Assembly (NCBI GenBank): GCA_963718235.1
Contig: CAVQYR010000002.1
Span: 256,001-320,000, forward strand
Direction of reading: 5' to 3'
From: an uncultured Actinomycetota bacterium
Lineage (GTDB): Bacteria; Actinomycetota; Actinomycetes; JAHEKZ01
DNA: 64,000 nucleotides
Shown: positions 1-11,801 of the stretch, piece by piece
How positions within the stretch are numbered: the stretch's first letter is position 1
Layout of the letters: every line of letters begins with the position of its first letter
The notes under the pieces: generated by a model
What the model saw: only the letters and a program-made list of their open reading frames with translations
Databases searched by the model: none
What the model was told of the DNA's origin: nothing
Made by a program: the position numbers and the translations under genes

Positions 1-626
1 CCGTGGCGATGAAGGACCTGGAGATCCGCGGGGCGGGCAACGTGCTGGGCGGGGAGCAGTCCGGGCACGTCGAGGGAGTCGGCTTCGACCTGTACGTGCG
101 CCTCGTCGGCGAGGCCGTGGCAGACCTCAAGGGGGACCGGCCCGACGAGGTGGCCGACGTCAGGGTCGAGCTGCCGATCGACGCGCACATCCCCCACGAC
201 TGGATTCCCGCCGAACGGGTGCGGCTCCAGGCCTACCAGCGGCTGGCCGAGGCGCACGACGAGGACGCGTTGGGGTCGGTCCGTGACGAGCTGGTCGACC
301 GGTTCGGGCCGCTGCCGCTGCCCGTCCAGCGGCTGCTCGAGGTCGCCACCTTCCGCCTCCTCGCCCGTCGGGCCGGGCTGACCGACGTGGTCGGGCAGGG
401 CAACCACGTGCGATTCGCCCCCGTCGAGCTGCCCGAGTCGCGCACGCTGCGCCTGACCCGGCTGCACCCCGGCACGCTCGTGAAGCCCGCGGTCCGTACG
501 ATCTTGGTACCCAGACCGAGCACGGCCCGCGTGGGCGGGACCCCGCTACGGGACGCCGAGCTGCTGGCCTGGGCGAGCGAGCTGGTCCGCGACGTCCTGC
601 TCGACGAACCGAAAGGAACGCCGTGA
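1..626 (+). CDS. mfd: Transcription-repair coupling factor, C-terminal part (5' truncated by window)
   Basis: AMKDLEIRGAGNVLGGEQSGH motif followed by TRCF domain (RLQAYQRLA...ELVDRFGPLP). Confidence 0.97.
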   Translation, partial: VAMKDLEIRGAGNVLGGEQSGHVEGVGFDLYVRLVGEAVADLKGDRPDEVADVRVELPIDAHIPHDWIPAERVRLQAYQRLAEAHDEDALGSVRDELVDRFGPLPLPVQRLLEVATFRLLARRAGLTDVVGQGNHVRFAPVELPESRTLRLTRLHPGTLVKPAVRTILVPRPSTARVGGTPLRDAELLAWASELVRDVLLDEPKGTP

Positions 627-1254
627 CCGCAGTCCGAACCCGTCGCCGCCACGCCGTGGCCGCTCTCGCCGTCGTGGCCCTGGCACTGGCGGCGTGCACT
701 CCGCTGAAGCCCGGGTCCGCGGCCATCGTCGGCGACGACACGCTGCGTGAGAACGACCTGTCGTCCCTGGCCACCGAGATCAGCGAGCTGGCCTCCGAGA
801 AGGAGGTCGAGCTGCCCGACCCCGGCCAGCTGAACCAGCGGATCATCGCCGTATGGGTCGACGAGCAGCTCACCACCGCCCTGGCCGACGAGCTCGAGGT
901 CAGCGCCACCCAGGCCAACGTCGACGACCTCCTCGCGCAGTTCTCCGACGAGCAGCTGACCCAGATCGCGGTCGGCTCGGGTATCGCGCCCTCGGCGTTG
1001 CAGGACGCGGCGCGGGCCGCGGTGCTGCGTCAGGCGATCTCCCAGTCCGTGGCCCCTGACGCCAAGACCCAGGACGAGCAGCTGGCCGCCCTGTCGAAGG
1101 CCTACCTCGACACGGCCGCCCGGCTGGGCGTCTCGGTGAACCCCCGTTACGCCACGTGGAACACGCGCACGGCACAGGTCGAGGCACGCACCGACGGACT
1201 GTCCCAGCTGGCCGAGCCGGTGCCGACCCCGGAGACCACGCTGCCCAGCGGAGG

Positions 1255-1258
<4 letters not shown>
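623..1258 (+). CDS. Lipoprotein with SurA N-terminal-like domain
   Basis: Signal peptide with lipobox LAAC; AAIVGD and VSVNPRY motifs; GTGA overlap with mfd; usual position between mfd and mazG. Confidence 0.75.
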
Positions 1259-3728
<2,470 letters not shown>

Positions 3729-3734
3729 CGCTCG

Positions 3735-4217
3735 GTGACCACCTCCCGTCGTCCGACGACCCCTCGCCGTGGCGCAGGCACCCGGCCACGCGTCTCGACG
3801 ACCCAGGCTCCGGCCGATGTCGTGGTGCCCCGGCCGGTCTGGTCCCGGTTGACCTCGCGAGCCGTGGTGCTGCTGCTGGTCCTGGCAGCCCTGGTGACCA
3901 CGCTGGCCTTCCCGCTGCGCGAGTTCGTGCAGCAGCAGTCGAAGATCAGGGCACTGGAGCAGCAGGTCACCCTCACCGGTCAGCGGGTCGACGCTCTGCA
4001 GCGGCAGCGGGCGCAGTGGCAGGATCCGGACTTCATCGAGGCGCAGGCCCGTGAGCGCCTGCACTTCGTGTTCCCTGGCGAGATCGGCTACGTCGTGCTC
4101 ACCCCTGAGGACGTCCAGCAGGCTCGTAAGCCGGACGTGCGCGTCCAGCAGCCGCAGCGGGACGCGTGGTACGACACGTTCTGGTCGTCGGTGCAGGCAG
4201 CCGACTCGACCGACTGA
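3735..4217 (+). CDS. ftsB: Septum formation initiator (FtsB/DivIC family)
   Basis: One TM helix, coiled coil, WQDPDFIEAQARERLHFVFPGE motif; follows eno. Confidence 0.88.
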   Translation: MTTSRRPTTPRRGAGTRPRVSTTQAPADVVVPRPVWSRLTSRAVVLLLVLAALVTTLAFPLREFVQQQSKIRALEQQVTLTGQRVDALQRQRAQWQDPDFIEAQARERLHFVFPGEIGYVVLTPEDVQQARKPDVRVQQPQRDAWYDTFWSSVQAADSTD

Positions 4218-4218
4218 C

Positions 4219-5655
4219 GTGGGCGAGCCGACCGAGCCCGGCGACCTCGATGCGGTGGCAGCACAGCTGGGTCGGCTACCGCGTGACATCGTCGGCATCG
4301 CCCACCGTTGCCCCTGCTCGCTTCCCGATGTCGTCGCCACCGCGCCGCGGCTCTCCGACGGGGCCCCCTTCCCGACCACGTTCTACCTGACGTGTCCCCG
4401 GCTGACCGCGTGGCTCAGCACACTGGAGGCCGAGGGTGTGATGCGCGAGATGCAGCAGCGGCTGGCCGATGACGAGGACCTGGCGGCGCGCTACCGGTCG
4501 GCCCACTTCGACTACCTGGCGCGGCGCGCTCGGCTGGGACACGTGCCGGAGATCGACGGGGTGTCGGCCGGAGGGATGCCCGACCGGGTCAAGTGCCTCC
4601 ACGCGTTGGCTGCCCATGCTCTGGCTTCCGGGCCGGGGGTGAACCCGTTGGGCGACGAGGCGCTCGCCGTGTTGGAGGTCCGGGGGCTCCGACGTTCTGT
4701 GCCGTGCGTTGCTCGTCCGGACGGGACAGGGACGCGCCGGGTGGCTGCTGTCGACTGCGGCACGAACTCGATCCGGCTGCTGGTCGCCGATGTCGACCCG
4801 CAGTCCGGGGCACTCACCGACGTCGACCGGCGGATGGAGGTCGTCCGGCTCGGCCAGGGGGTGGACCGGACCGGGCGACTGGACACCGAGGCCCTCGAGC
4901 GCACCTTCGCTGCGGTGGACCGCTACGCGGCCCGGATCGTCGAGCTGGGAGCCGAGGGGGTGCGGTTTGCGGCGACGTCGGCCACCCGCGACGCGGCGAA
5001 CCGTGCCGTGTTCGTCGACGGGGTCCGCCAGCGTCTGGGCGTCGAGCCGGAGGTGATCACCGGCGACGAGGAGGCACAGCTGTCCTTCGTCGGTGCGACG
5101 TCCGGTCTGACGGGGCTGACCGAGCCGGTCCTCGTGGTGGACATCGGGGGCGGCTCGACCGAGTTCGTGCTCGGTTCGTCGGTCCCCGAGGCCGCCCGGT
5201 CGGTCGACGTCGGCTGCGTGCGGATGACCGAGCGCCACTTCCACCACGACCCTCCTCTGCCGTCCGAGGTCCGGGCTGCACGCGATGACATCGACGCGGC
5301 GATCTCGGTCGCGGCGTCAGTGGTCCCGCTCAGGAGGGCGGGAACGCTCGTGGCGGTGGCCGGGACGGCGACGACCGTCGCGGCGATCGCGCTGCGGCTG
5401 CCCGCCTACGACGCCGCGACCATCCACGGCAGCGTCATCGACGCGGCCGCTGTCCACCTGATCGCCGAGGACCTGCTCTACCGGACGCGCGACCAGCGCG
5501 CGGCCATGCCCGTCATGCACCCTGGCCGGGTCGACGTGATCGCGGCCGGCGCGTTGGTGCTCTCAGCGATCGTGGCGTACACCGGCGTCGCCCAGCTGGT
5601 GGTCAGCGAGCACGACATCCTCGACGGCCTCGCCCAGTCGGTCAGTCGTCGTTGA
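4219..5655 (+). CDS. DUF501 domain fused in frame to a Ppx/GppA-family exopolyphosphatase
   Basis: DUF501 motifs (QLGR, HRCPC, FPTTFYLTCP, GGMPDRVKCLHA) run without a stop into VAAVDCGTNSIRLL, ATSATRDA, DIGGGSTE and SEHDILDG; GTG start 1 nt after the ftsB stop. Confidence 0.85.
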   Translation: MGEPTEPGDLDAVAAQLGRLPRDIVGIAHRCPCSLPDVVATAPRLSDGAPFPTTFYLTCPRLTAWLSTLEAEGVMREMQQRLADDEDLAARYRSAHFDYLARRARLGHVPEIDGVSAGGMPDRVKCLHALAAHALASGPGVNPLGDEALAVLEVRGLRRSVPCVARPDGTGTRRVAAVDCGTNSIRLLVADVDPQSGALTDVDRRMEVVRLGQGVDRTGRLDTEALERTFAAVDRYAARIVELGAEGVRFAATSATRDAANRAVFVDGVRQRLGVEPEVITGDEEAQLSFVGATSGLTGLTEPVLVVDIGGGSTEFVLGSSVPEAARSVDVGCVRMTERHFHHDPPLPSEVRAARDDIDAAISVAASVVPLRRAGTLVAVAGTATTVAAIALRLPAYDAATIHGSVIDAAAVHLIAEDLLYRTRDQRAAMPVMHPGRVDVIAAGALVLSAIVAYTGVAQLVVSEHDILDGLAQSVSRR

Positions 5656-5745
5656 GGGCAGCGCCTGGTCCGGACCGTCTGGCGGGGATACGGTCAGCGC
5701 CACGACCCCAGGTCGTCGATCGTTTCGACCCCGACAGGAGGACCC

Positions 5746-6435
5746 ATGGGTGAGCAGGTGGACTTCGCCAGCAACGGCGGTTCAGCGAGCGGCTATCTGG
5801 CCGTCCCGGTGGCCGGTCACGGGCCGGGTGTGGTCGTCATCCAGGAGTGGTGGGGGCTCGTCCCGCACATCGAGCGGCTGTGCGAACGACTGGCGGCCGA
5901 GGGGTTCGTCGCCCTTGCGCCCGACCTGTACCACGGAGTCCGTACGGGCGAGCCGGACGAGGCGATGCGGCTGATGATGGGGCTGGCCATGAACACCGCC
6001 GCGGCCGACATCGCCGGCGCGGCGTCCTACCTGGTGGGACACGACGCCGTCGACGGAGGCGCCGTCGGGGTCGCGGGGTTCTGCATGGGGGGCTCGCTCG
6101 CCCTGTGGTCGGCGGCCTCGTCACCCGCGATCGTCGCGGCCGTGGGCTTCTACCCGGCCGTGCCCTGGGAGCGCATGGGCGTCGACTGGTCCGGCTACGC
6201 GGGCAAGTCGGCGCAGATCCACTGCTCGGAGGAGGACGGCACGTCGTCGGCGGAGGGCATCCAGCAGGCGTGGAGCGGCATCCGGGCGGCCGGCGGAGAC
6301 GTCGAGGTGTTCGACTACCCCGGCACCCACCACGCGTTCGTCAACGACACCCGCCCGGAGGTGCACGACGCCGCCGCGTCGGCGCAGGCGTGGGGGCGGA
6401 TGCTCACCCTCTTCCGCCGACGGCTCACCGGCTGA
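5746..6435 (+). CDS. Dienelactone hydrolase family protein
   Basis: QEWWGL, GFCMGG nucleophile motif, HAF; RBS AGGAGG. Confidence 0.92.
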   Translation: MGEQVDFASNGGSASGYLAVPVAGHGPGVVVIQEWWGLVPHIERLCERLAAEGFVALAPDLYHGVRTGEPDEAMRLMMGLAMNTAAADIAGAASYLVGHDAVDGGAVGVAGFCMGGSLALWSAASSPAIVAAVGFYPAVPWERMGVDWSGYAGKSAQIHCSEEDGTSSAEGIQQAWSGIRAAGGDVEVFDYPGTHHAFVNDTRPEVHDAAASAQAWGRMLTLFRRRLTG

Positions 6436-6467
6436 CCGCGCACGACGGGCCTGGCTGGGAGGGCGTC

Positions 6468-7220
6468 GTGGCCGATGCTCCCGACCTGCGCGCACTCGAC
6501 CTCGCGGTGAGCGAGTGCCGCGCCTGCCCTCGTCTGGTCGCCTGGCGCGAGCAGGTCGCCGCGGACAAGCGTGCGTCGTTCGCCAACGACGACTACTGGG
6601 GTCGCCCGGTGCCAGGGTTCGGGGCCGAACAGCCGCGGATCCTGATCGTCGGTCTGGCGCCCGCGGCTCACGGGGCCAACCGCACCGGGCGGATGTTCAC
6701 CGGTGACCGCAGCGGTGACTGGCTGTACGCGTCGCTGTTCCGGGTCGGCCTGGCCAACCAGCCCACATCGACCTCGTGCGACGACGGGCTCACCCTGCGC
6801 GGTACCCGGGTCACCGCCGCGGTCCACTGCGCCCCTCCGGACAACAAGCCGACCACCGAGGAGCGCGACACGTGTGCCGCCTGGTTCGAACGTGAGCTTC
6901 AGCTCACCGCCCCCACGCTGCAGGTCGTGGTGGCTCTCGGAGGGTTCGCCTGGACCAGCGTGCTCATGGCCCTTCAGCACCTCGGCCACGAAGTCCCACG
7001 ACCACGCCCCCGTTTCGCCCACGGCGCCGAGGTCGCGCTCGGTCCCTACACCCTGCTGGGCAGCTACCACCCCAGCCAGCAGAACACCTTCACCGGGCGG
7101 CTGACCGAGCCCATGCTGGACGGCGTGCTGGGCAGGGCCGTGCTCGCGGGAAGCGCCACCGCATGTCTTGACGTTGAGACAGCGGACGTCGAGACAGGTC
7201 AGCGACCGCGCACAACTTGA
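6468..7220 (+). CDS. udgB: Uracil-DNA glycosylase family 5
   Basis: CRACPRL Fe-S motif, GLAPAAHGANRTGRMFTGD, YHPSQQNTFTG; start at GTG 6468 after GGGAGG. Confidence 0.9.
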   Translation: MADAPDLRALDLAVSECRACPRLVAWREQVAADKRASFANDDYWGRPVPGFGAEQPRILIVGLAPAAHGANRTGRMFTGDRSGDWLYASLFRVGLANQPTSTSCDDGLTLRGTRVTAAVHCAPPDNKPTTEERDTCAAWFERELQLTAPTLQVVVALGGFAWTSVLMALQHLGHEVPRPRPRFAHGAEVALGPYTLLGSYHPSQQNTFTGRLTEPMLDGVLGRAVLAGSATACLDVETADVETGQRPRTT

Positions 7221-7230
7221 CGTCGAGACA
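7164..7230. promoter_or_regulatory. Three copies of an operator-like near-palindrome (core GACGTYGAGACA) upstream of ndh
   Basis: TGTCTTGACGTTGAGACA 7164-7181, GACGTCGAGACA 7185-7196, CTTGACGTCGAGACA 7216-7230. Confidence 0.55.
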
Positions 7231-7280
7231 GTGCCGCCACGGCAAAGGAGGCCCTCGTGCCTGCGCCCTACCGTTCGGTC

Positions 7281-8633
7281 ATGGCCAAGACTCGCGCCCT
7301 GCGCGCAGCAACCGAACCCGCCCGTCCGCCCCGGATCCTGATCGTCGGCGGTGGGTACGTCGGCCTGTACACCGCGATGCGCCTGCTGAAGAAGCTGCGC
7401 GACGACGAAGCCGTCGTCACCGTGGTCGACCCCCGCTCGTACATGACGTACCAGCCGTTCCTGCCGGAGGCCGCGGGTGGCTCGGTCTCACCGCGCCACG
7501 TGGTGGTGCCGCTTCGACGTGTGCTTCGGGGGGCAGAGATCATCACCGGTCGGGTGACCGCGATCGACCACTCGGCCAAGCGAGCTACCGTCGCGCCGCT
7601 CGAAGGTGCGGCCTACCCGCTCGAGTACGACATCCTCGTCTCCGCGGTGGGGGCGATCTCACGCACGTTGCCGATCCCCGGGCTCGGCAAGTGGGCGACC
7701 GGCTTCAAGACCGTCGAGGAGGCCATCCAGCTGCGCAACCGGGTGCTGGAGTGCCTCGACATCGCGGAGTCGACCCGCGACGCGTCGGTCCGTGAGCGCA
7801 ACCTGACCGTGGTCGTGGTCGGCGCCGGGTTCGCCGGCGTGGAGGCGCTGGCCGAGCTGCAGGACATGGCGCGGTACGCGACGCGCTACTACCGCACGAT
7901 CAGGCCGGAGGACGTGCACTTCCTGCTGGTGGAGGCGTCGAACGCGATCCTGCCCGAGGTCGGCCCGGAGATGGGCCTCTGGACCCTCGAGCAGCTCACG
8001 GAGCGCGGCATCGACGTGAAGCTCGACACCCGGTTGGAGTCCTGCGTCGACGGGCACGTCGAGCTGAGCGACGGCACCCGGGTCGACGCCGAGACGGTCG
8101 TGTGGACCGCCGGCGTCCGGGCCCACCCAGTGCTGGAGAGCAGCGACCTGCCGCTGGACGAGCGCGGACGGCTCCGTTGCTCGGCAACACTCCGGGTCGA
8201 AGGGGTCGACGACGCCTGGGGTGCCGGTGACTCGGCGTCGGTCCCGGACCTGACCGGGCCCGAGGGAGCCACCTGCGCACCGAACGCCCAGCACGCGGTG
8301 CGCCAGTCCGGTGTCCTCGCCGACAACGTCATCGCCACGCTGCGCGGCAAGCCGGCGACGCCCTACTCGCACAAGTACGTCGGCTCGGTCGCCGGTCTCG
8401 GCCTCTACAAGGGAGTGGCGAATGTCTACGGGGTCAAGGTCAAGGGTTGGCCAGCGTGGTTCATGCACCGCACCTACCACGTGAGCCGGGTGCCCACCTT
8501 GAACCGCAAGGCTCGGGTGGTGGCCGACTGGACCCTCGCCCTGTTCTTCAAGCGCGAGATCGTGTCCCTGTGGTCGATGCACGAGCCGTTCCACGAGTTC
8601 CAGGACGCGGCCGGGACCAAGCGGGCCGCCTGA
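7281..8633 (+). CDS. ndh: Type II NADH dehydrogenase-like FAD-dependent oxidoreductase
   Basis: IVGGGYVG and VVGAGFAGVE Rossmann motifs, YQPFLPE, WTAGV, AQHA; -10-like TACCGT 6 nt before the ATG. Confidence 0.88.
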   Translation: MAKTRALRAATEPARPPRILIVGGGYVGLYTAMRLLKKLRDDEAVVTVVDPRSYMTYQPFLPEAAGGSVSPRHVVVPLRRVLRGAEIITGRVTAIDHSAKRATVAPLEGAAYPLEYDILVSAVGAISRTLPIPGLGKWATGFKTVEEAIQLRNRVLECLDIAESTRDASVRERNLTVVVVGAGFAGVEALAELQDMARYATRYYRTIRPEDVHFLLVEASNAILPEVGPEMGLWTLEQLTERGIDVKLDTRLESCVDGHVELSDGTRVDAETVVWTAGVRAHPVLESSDLPLDERGRLRCSATLRVEGVDDAWGAGDSASVPDLTGPEGATCAPNAQHAVRQSGVLADNVIATLRGKPATPYSHKYVGSVAGLGLYKGVANVYGVKVKGWPAWFMHRTYHVSRVPTLNRKARVVADWTLALFFKREIVSLWSMHEPFHEFQDAAGTKRAA

Positions 8634-8724
8634 CCGGCCGCCTCCCCGGGCCGGTTCGGTATCCCGAGACGGGGCCCACGCGCTAGCGTGACGTCGTTCG
8701 TCTCACGTGAGGGGGTGCCGGTCG

Positions 8725-9225
8725 ATGACTCTGTTCCTCGTCGTCGGCATCGTGGGAGTGGTCCTGCTCCTGGTGGCTCTGGTGGCCGACGACGTCCTCG
8801 GCTCGGTCGTCGACAGCATCGACTTCACCGGTGGGTACCTGTCGACCACGGCGATCGCCGCCTTCCTGGCCGCCTTCGGCTTCGGCGGGGCCCTGGTCGT
8901 GTCCGGCGGTGGCTCGCAGGCCATGGGTGCCGTGGTCGGTCTCGGGGCGGGCCTGGTGATCGGCGGGATCGCGGCCGTCGTGACCCGGTCGATGCTCAAC
9001 TCCCGGACCGACGAGACGATCACCCCCGAGCACGTGGTCGGCTCCGCCGGAACCGTGATCACCCCCATTGCCGAGGGTGGCTTCGGCGAGGTCAGCGTGC
9101 TCGTCGCCGGGCAGCCGCTCAAGCTGAACGCGCGCGCCGACGAGGCCCTCGCGATGGGCACCGCCGTCACGGTGACGGCGAGCCTGTCGTCGACCTCGGT
9201 CAAGGTCGCCAGGCGCGCAGAGTGA
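8725..9225 (+). CDS. NfeD-like membrane protein (flotillin partner)
   Basis: Hydrophobic N-terminal half and C-terminal OB-like region (GTVITPI, GFGEVSV); directly precedes flotillin. Confidence 0.8.
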   Translation: MTLFLVVGIVGVVLLLVALVADDVLGSVVDSIDFTGGYLSTTAIAAFLAAFGFGGALVVSGGGSQAMGAVVGLGAGLVIGGIAAVVTRSMLNSRTDETITPEHVVGSAGTVITPIAEGGFGEVSVLVAGQPLKLNARADEALAMGTAVTVTASLSSTSVKVARRAE

Positions 9226-9298
9226 CCCGCCTCCTCACGGTCGGCGCGGGCCGGCCGGATACCGCGTAACGCTCACCGAACCCACTGGAGCTGCCCTC

Positions 9299-10639
9299 AT
9301 GTTCGACAACTCGATGGGTGTGTTGGCCGTCCTCGGCCTGATCGTCCTGATCCTGATCGTCATCGGGTCGGTGGTCAGCCGGTACCGCGTCGCCGGTCCG
9401 AACGAGGCTTTCATCATCACCGGGCGCAAGGGGAAGACCTCAGCCGACCTCTCCGGGCAGAAGGTGGTCACCGGTGGTGGCGTCTTCGTGCTGCCGTTCG
9501 TGCAACGGCTGTACGTCGTCGACCTGTCCAGCCGTCGGATCTCGGTGGCGATCCGCGGGGCGGTGAGCCGGCAGGGCATCAAGCTGAACCTGGACGGAAT
9601 CGCCATCGTGAAGGTGGGCGGGGACGAGAACTCGATCCGGGCCGCTGCTCAGCGGTTCCTGTCCCAGCAGGCCGAGATCGACGTCTTCACGACCGAGGTG
9701 CTGGCCGGGGCCCTGCGCTCGATCGTCGGCACGCTCACCGTCGAGGAGATCATCCGGGACCGCGCGTCGTTCGCCGCGCAGGTGGCCGAGGTCACCGAGT
9801 CTGCGCTGACCGGTCAGGGGCTCGTGCTGGACACCTTCCAGATCCAGGACGTCACCGACGACGGCTCCTACCTCGCCGACCTCGGTCGACCCGAGGCATC
9901 GCGGGTCAAGCAGGACGCCGAGGTCGCCGAGGCCGTGGCTCGCAAGACGTCGGAGCAGCAGCGGCTCGCGGCCGAACAGCAGATCCTGGAGGCCCAGCGT
10001 GAGTACGCGCTGAAGCAGGCCGGGATCAAGTCCGAGACCGACGCCGCCTCGGCCAACGCAGCGGCGTCGGGTCCCCTCGCCGAGGCAGCGAGCCGACAGA
10101 AGGTGCTGGCCGAGCAGGAGAAGCTCGCCGTCGCGCAGGCGTCGCTGACCGACCGCCAGCTGGACACCGAGGTACGCAAGCCGGCCGATGCCGCTCGCTA
10201 CCGGGTCGAGCAGGAGGCCCAGGCCGCGAAGATGGCGGTGATCGCCGAGGCCGAGGCCGAGCGCTCACGGCGCGCCGCGCTGGCCGAGGCGGTCAAGCTG
10301 GAAGGTGACGCCGACGCGTCAGCGATCGTGGCCAAGGGCTCGGCGGAGGCGGAGGCGATGAACAAGCGGGCCCAGTCGTTCAAGGAGTACAACGACGCGG
10401 CGATGCTTCAGATGGTGGTCGAGATCATGCCCGAGGTCGCGGCCCGGATCGCTGCCCCCATGGGATCGATCGACCAGCTGACCGTCATCTCCACCGATGG
10501 CGCAGGGGCCCTGCCCAAGCAGGTCACCTCGAACATGGCCCAGCTGCAGCAGCTGCTGAAGGACACGCTGGGCGTCGACATCGCGGCGATGGTCAACCAG
10601 CGGGCCGGGGGCTCGACCGCGCAGGACCCTCCTGCGTGA
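9299..10639 (+). CDS. Flotillin / SPFH-domain protein
   Basis: RYRVAGPNEAFIITG, LRSIVGTLTVEEI, Ala/Glu-rich coiled coil. Confidence 0.95.
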   Translation: MFDNSMGVLAVLGLIVLILIVIGSVVSRYRVAGPNEAFIITGRKGKTSADLSGQKVVTGGGVFVLPFVQRLYVVDLSSRRISVAIRGAVSRQGIKLNLDGIAIVKVGGDENSIRAAAQRFLSQQAEIDVFTTEVLAGALRSIVGTLTVEEIIRDRASFAAQVAEVTESALTGQGLVLDTFQIQDVTDDGSYLADLGRPEASRVKQDAEVAEAVARKTSEQQRLAAEQQILEAQREYALKQAGIKSETDAASANAAASGPLAEAASRQKVLAEQEKLAVAQASLTDRQLDTEVRKPADAARYRVEQEAQAAKMAVIAEAEAERSRRAALAEAVKLEGDADASAIVAKGSAEAEAMNKRAQSFKEYNDAAMLQMVVEIMPEVAARIAAPMGSIDQLTVISTDGAGALPKQVTSNMAQLQQLLKDTLGVDIAAMVNQRAGGSTAQDPPA

Positions 10640-10648
10640 GGGGCGTCG

Positions 10649-10730
10649 GCCCGGGTGGCGCAACTGGTGGACGCAGGAGGCTTAAACCCTCCGGCCGCGA
10701 GGCATGCGGGTTCGAATCCCGCCCCGGGCA
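10649..10730 (+). tRNA. tRNA-Leu(UAA), bldA-type; CCA not encoded
   Basis: Acceptor stem GCCCGGG/CCCGGGC plus discriminator A; anticodon arm GGAGG-CTTAAAC-CCTCC; long variable arm; T arm GCGGG-TTCGAAT-CCCGC. Confidence 0.96.
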
Positions 10731-10732
10731 CC

Positions 10733-10759
10733 GGAACACATCTTCGGGTGTTGTGCGTT
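10733..10759 (+). promoter_or_regulatory. Candidate SigH/SigR-type promoter (GGAAC-N19-GTT) for the YccA-family gene
   Basis: GGAAC 10733-10737 and GTT 10757-10759; same spacing as the msrA motif. Confidence 0.4.
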
Positions 10760-10820
10760 ACCGTAGGGGAACGTCCACCGCGCGCCTGGCGCGCTGAGCA
10801 GAAAGGGCCGATCGGTCCCG

Positions 10821-11681
10821 ATGCAGAGCAACAACCCCGTCTTGACCCGGATGGAAGCCGACGCCAAGCGCAACGGCGGATATGCCGGCTTCGGCGCGAC
10901 CACCGCCACCGCGCCCCTTCCTGGCGCCCCGCAGGCCACTCCGCAGAGCGCTCCCCCCGGTTACGAGGTGCCGGCCGGTACGCCGACCGGTCCCGTCGCG
11001 GGCGGGGCCACGATGGCCATGCCCGACGTGATCGCCAAGACCTTCCTGATGTTCGCCGTCCTGCTGCCGTTCGCAGTGGGTGCCTGGATCGTCGACGTCC
11101 CGTTCATCGTCTACTTCGTGGCGATGTTCGCTGCGCTCGGTGTCGGGATCTGGGCCTCGGTCAAGCGTGAGCCCAGCCCACCGCTGTTCCTGCTGTACGC
11201 CGCACTAGAGGGTGTCGTCCTGGGGGCGATCAGCAAGATCTTCAACCAGTGGGCGATCAGCAACGGGGCCGAGAGCGGCATCGTGGGCACGGCGATCGTC
11301 GCCACCCTGGTGATCTTCGCCCTCATGCTCGGTCTCTACACCACGCGCATCGTCAAGATCTCGAGCAAGACCAGGCGGATGTTCATGGTGGCCGTGGGCG
11401 GGTACCTGATCCTGTCGCTGGCCAGTCTGTTCGCCGGGCTCTTCGGGGTCGGTGACGGTTTCGGCTTCTACGGTCTGGGCTGGATGGGTATCGCCTTCGC
11501 CGTGCTCGGTGTGGGGCTCGCGTCCTTCTCCCTCGTCATGGACTTCGACGCGATCGAGTCGATGGTCGACGCCGGGGTTCCCGAGAAGGAGTCGTGGCGC
11601 GCGGCCTTCGGCCTGGTCGTCACGTTGGTGTGGCTCTACCTCGAGCTGCTGCGCCTGCTCGCTCTGCTGCAGAGTCGATGA
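10821..11681 (+). CDS. Bax inhibitor-1/YccA family membrane protein
   Basis: MQSNNPVL start, about 7 TM helices, DFDAIE...W.AAFGLVVTLVWLYLELLRLL. Confidence 0.9.
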   Translation: MQSNNPVLTRMEADAKRNGGYAGFGATTATAPLPGAPQATPQSAPPGYEVPAGTPTGPVAGGATMAMPDVIAKTFLMFAVLLPFAVGAWIVDVPFIVYFVAMFAALGVGIWASVKREPSPPLFLLYAALEGVVLGAISKIFNQWAISNGAESGIVGTAIVATLVIFALMLGLYTTRIVKISSKTRRMFMVAVGGYLILSLASLFAGLFGVGDGFGFYGLGWMGIAFAVLGVGLASFSLVMDFDAIESMVDAGVPEKESWRAAFGLVVTLVWLYLELLRLLALLQSR

Positions 11682-11732
11682 CGGGCACCGTTCCCCGCCG
11701 GACCACGCGCGCGATCTGCGCGTAGGACCGAA

Positions 11733-11773
11733 ACGAAGGCCGCCGTCCCGTTCGCACGGGCGGCGGCCTTCGT
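11733..11773. terminator. Probable bidirectional intrinsic terminator hairpin
   Basis: ACGAAGGCCGCCG(T)CCCG / CGGGCGGCGGCCTTCGT inverted repeat between convergent genes. Confidence 0.75.
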
Positions 11774-11801
11774 CGTCTCTGGGTGACGTCAGGGGCGGAG
11801 G

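Noticed and set aside
5847-6467. Apparent N-terminal extension or fusion on udgB
   Set aside because: Alternative frame of the dienelactone hydrolase gene; Arg/Gly-rich and without motifs
8725-10639. NfeD-flotillin pair as a novel system
   Set aside because: Well-known, widespread operon
10700-10735. tRNA 3' end as an integration site for a genomic island
   Set aside because: No integrase and no second copy of the tRNA 3' end seen; core genes flank it
10655-11170. 171-aa ORF overlapping the tRNA
   Set aside because: Spurious; it overlaps the tRNA and is out of frame with the YccA-family gene
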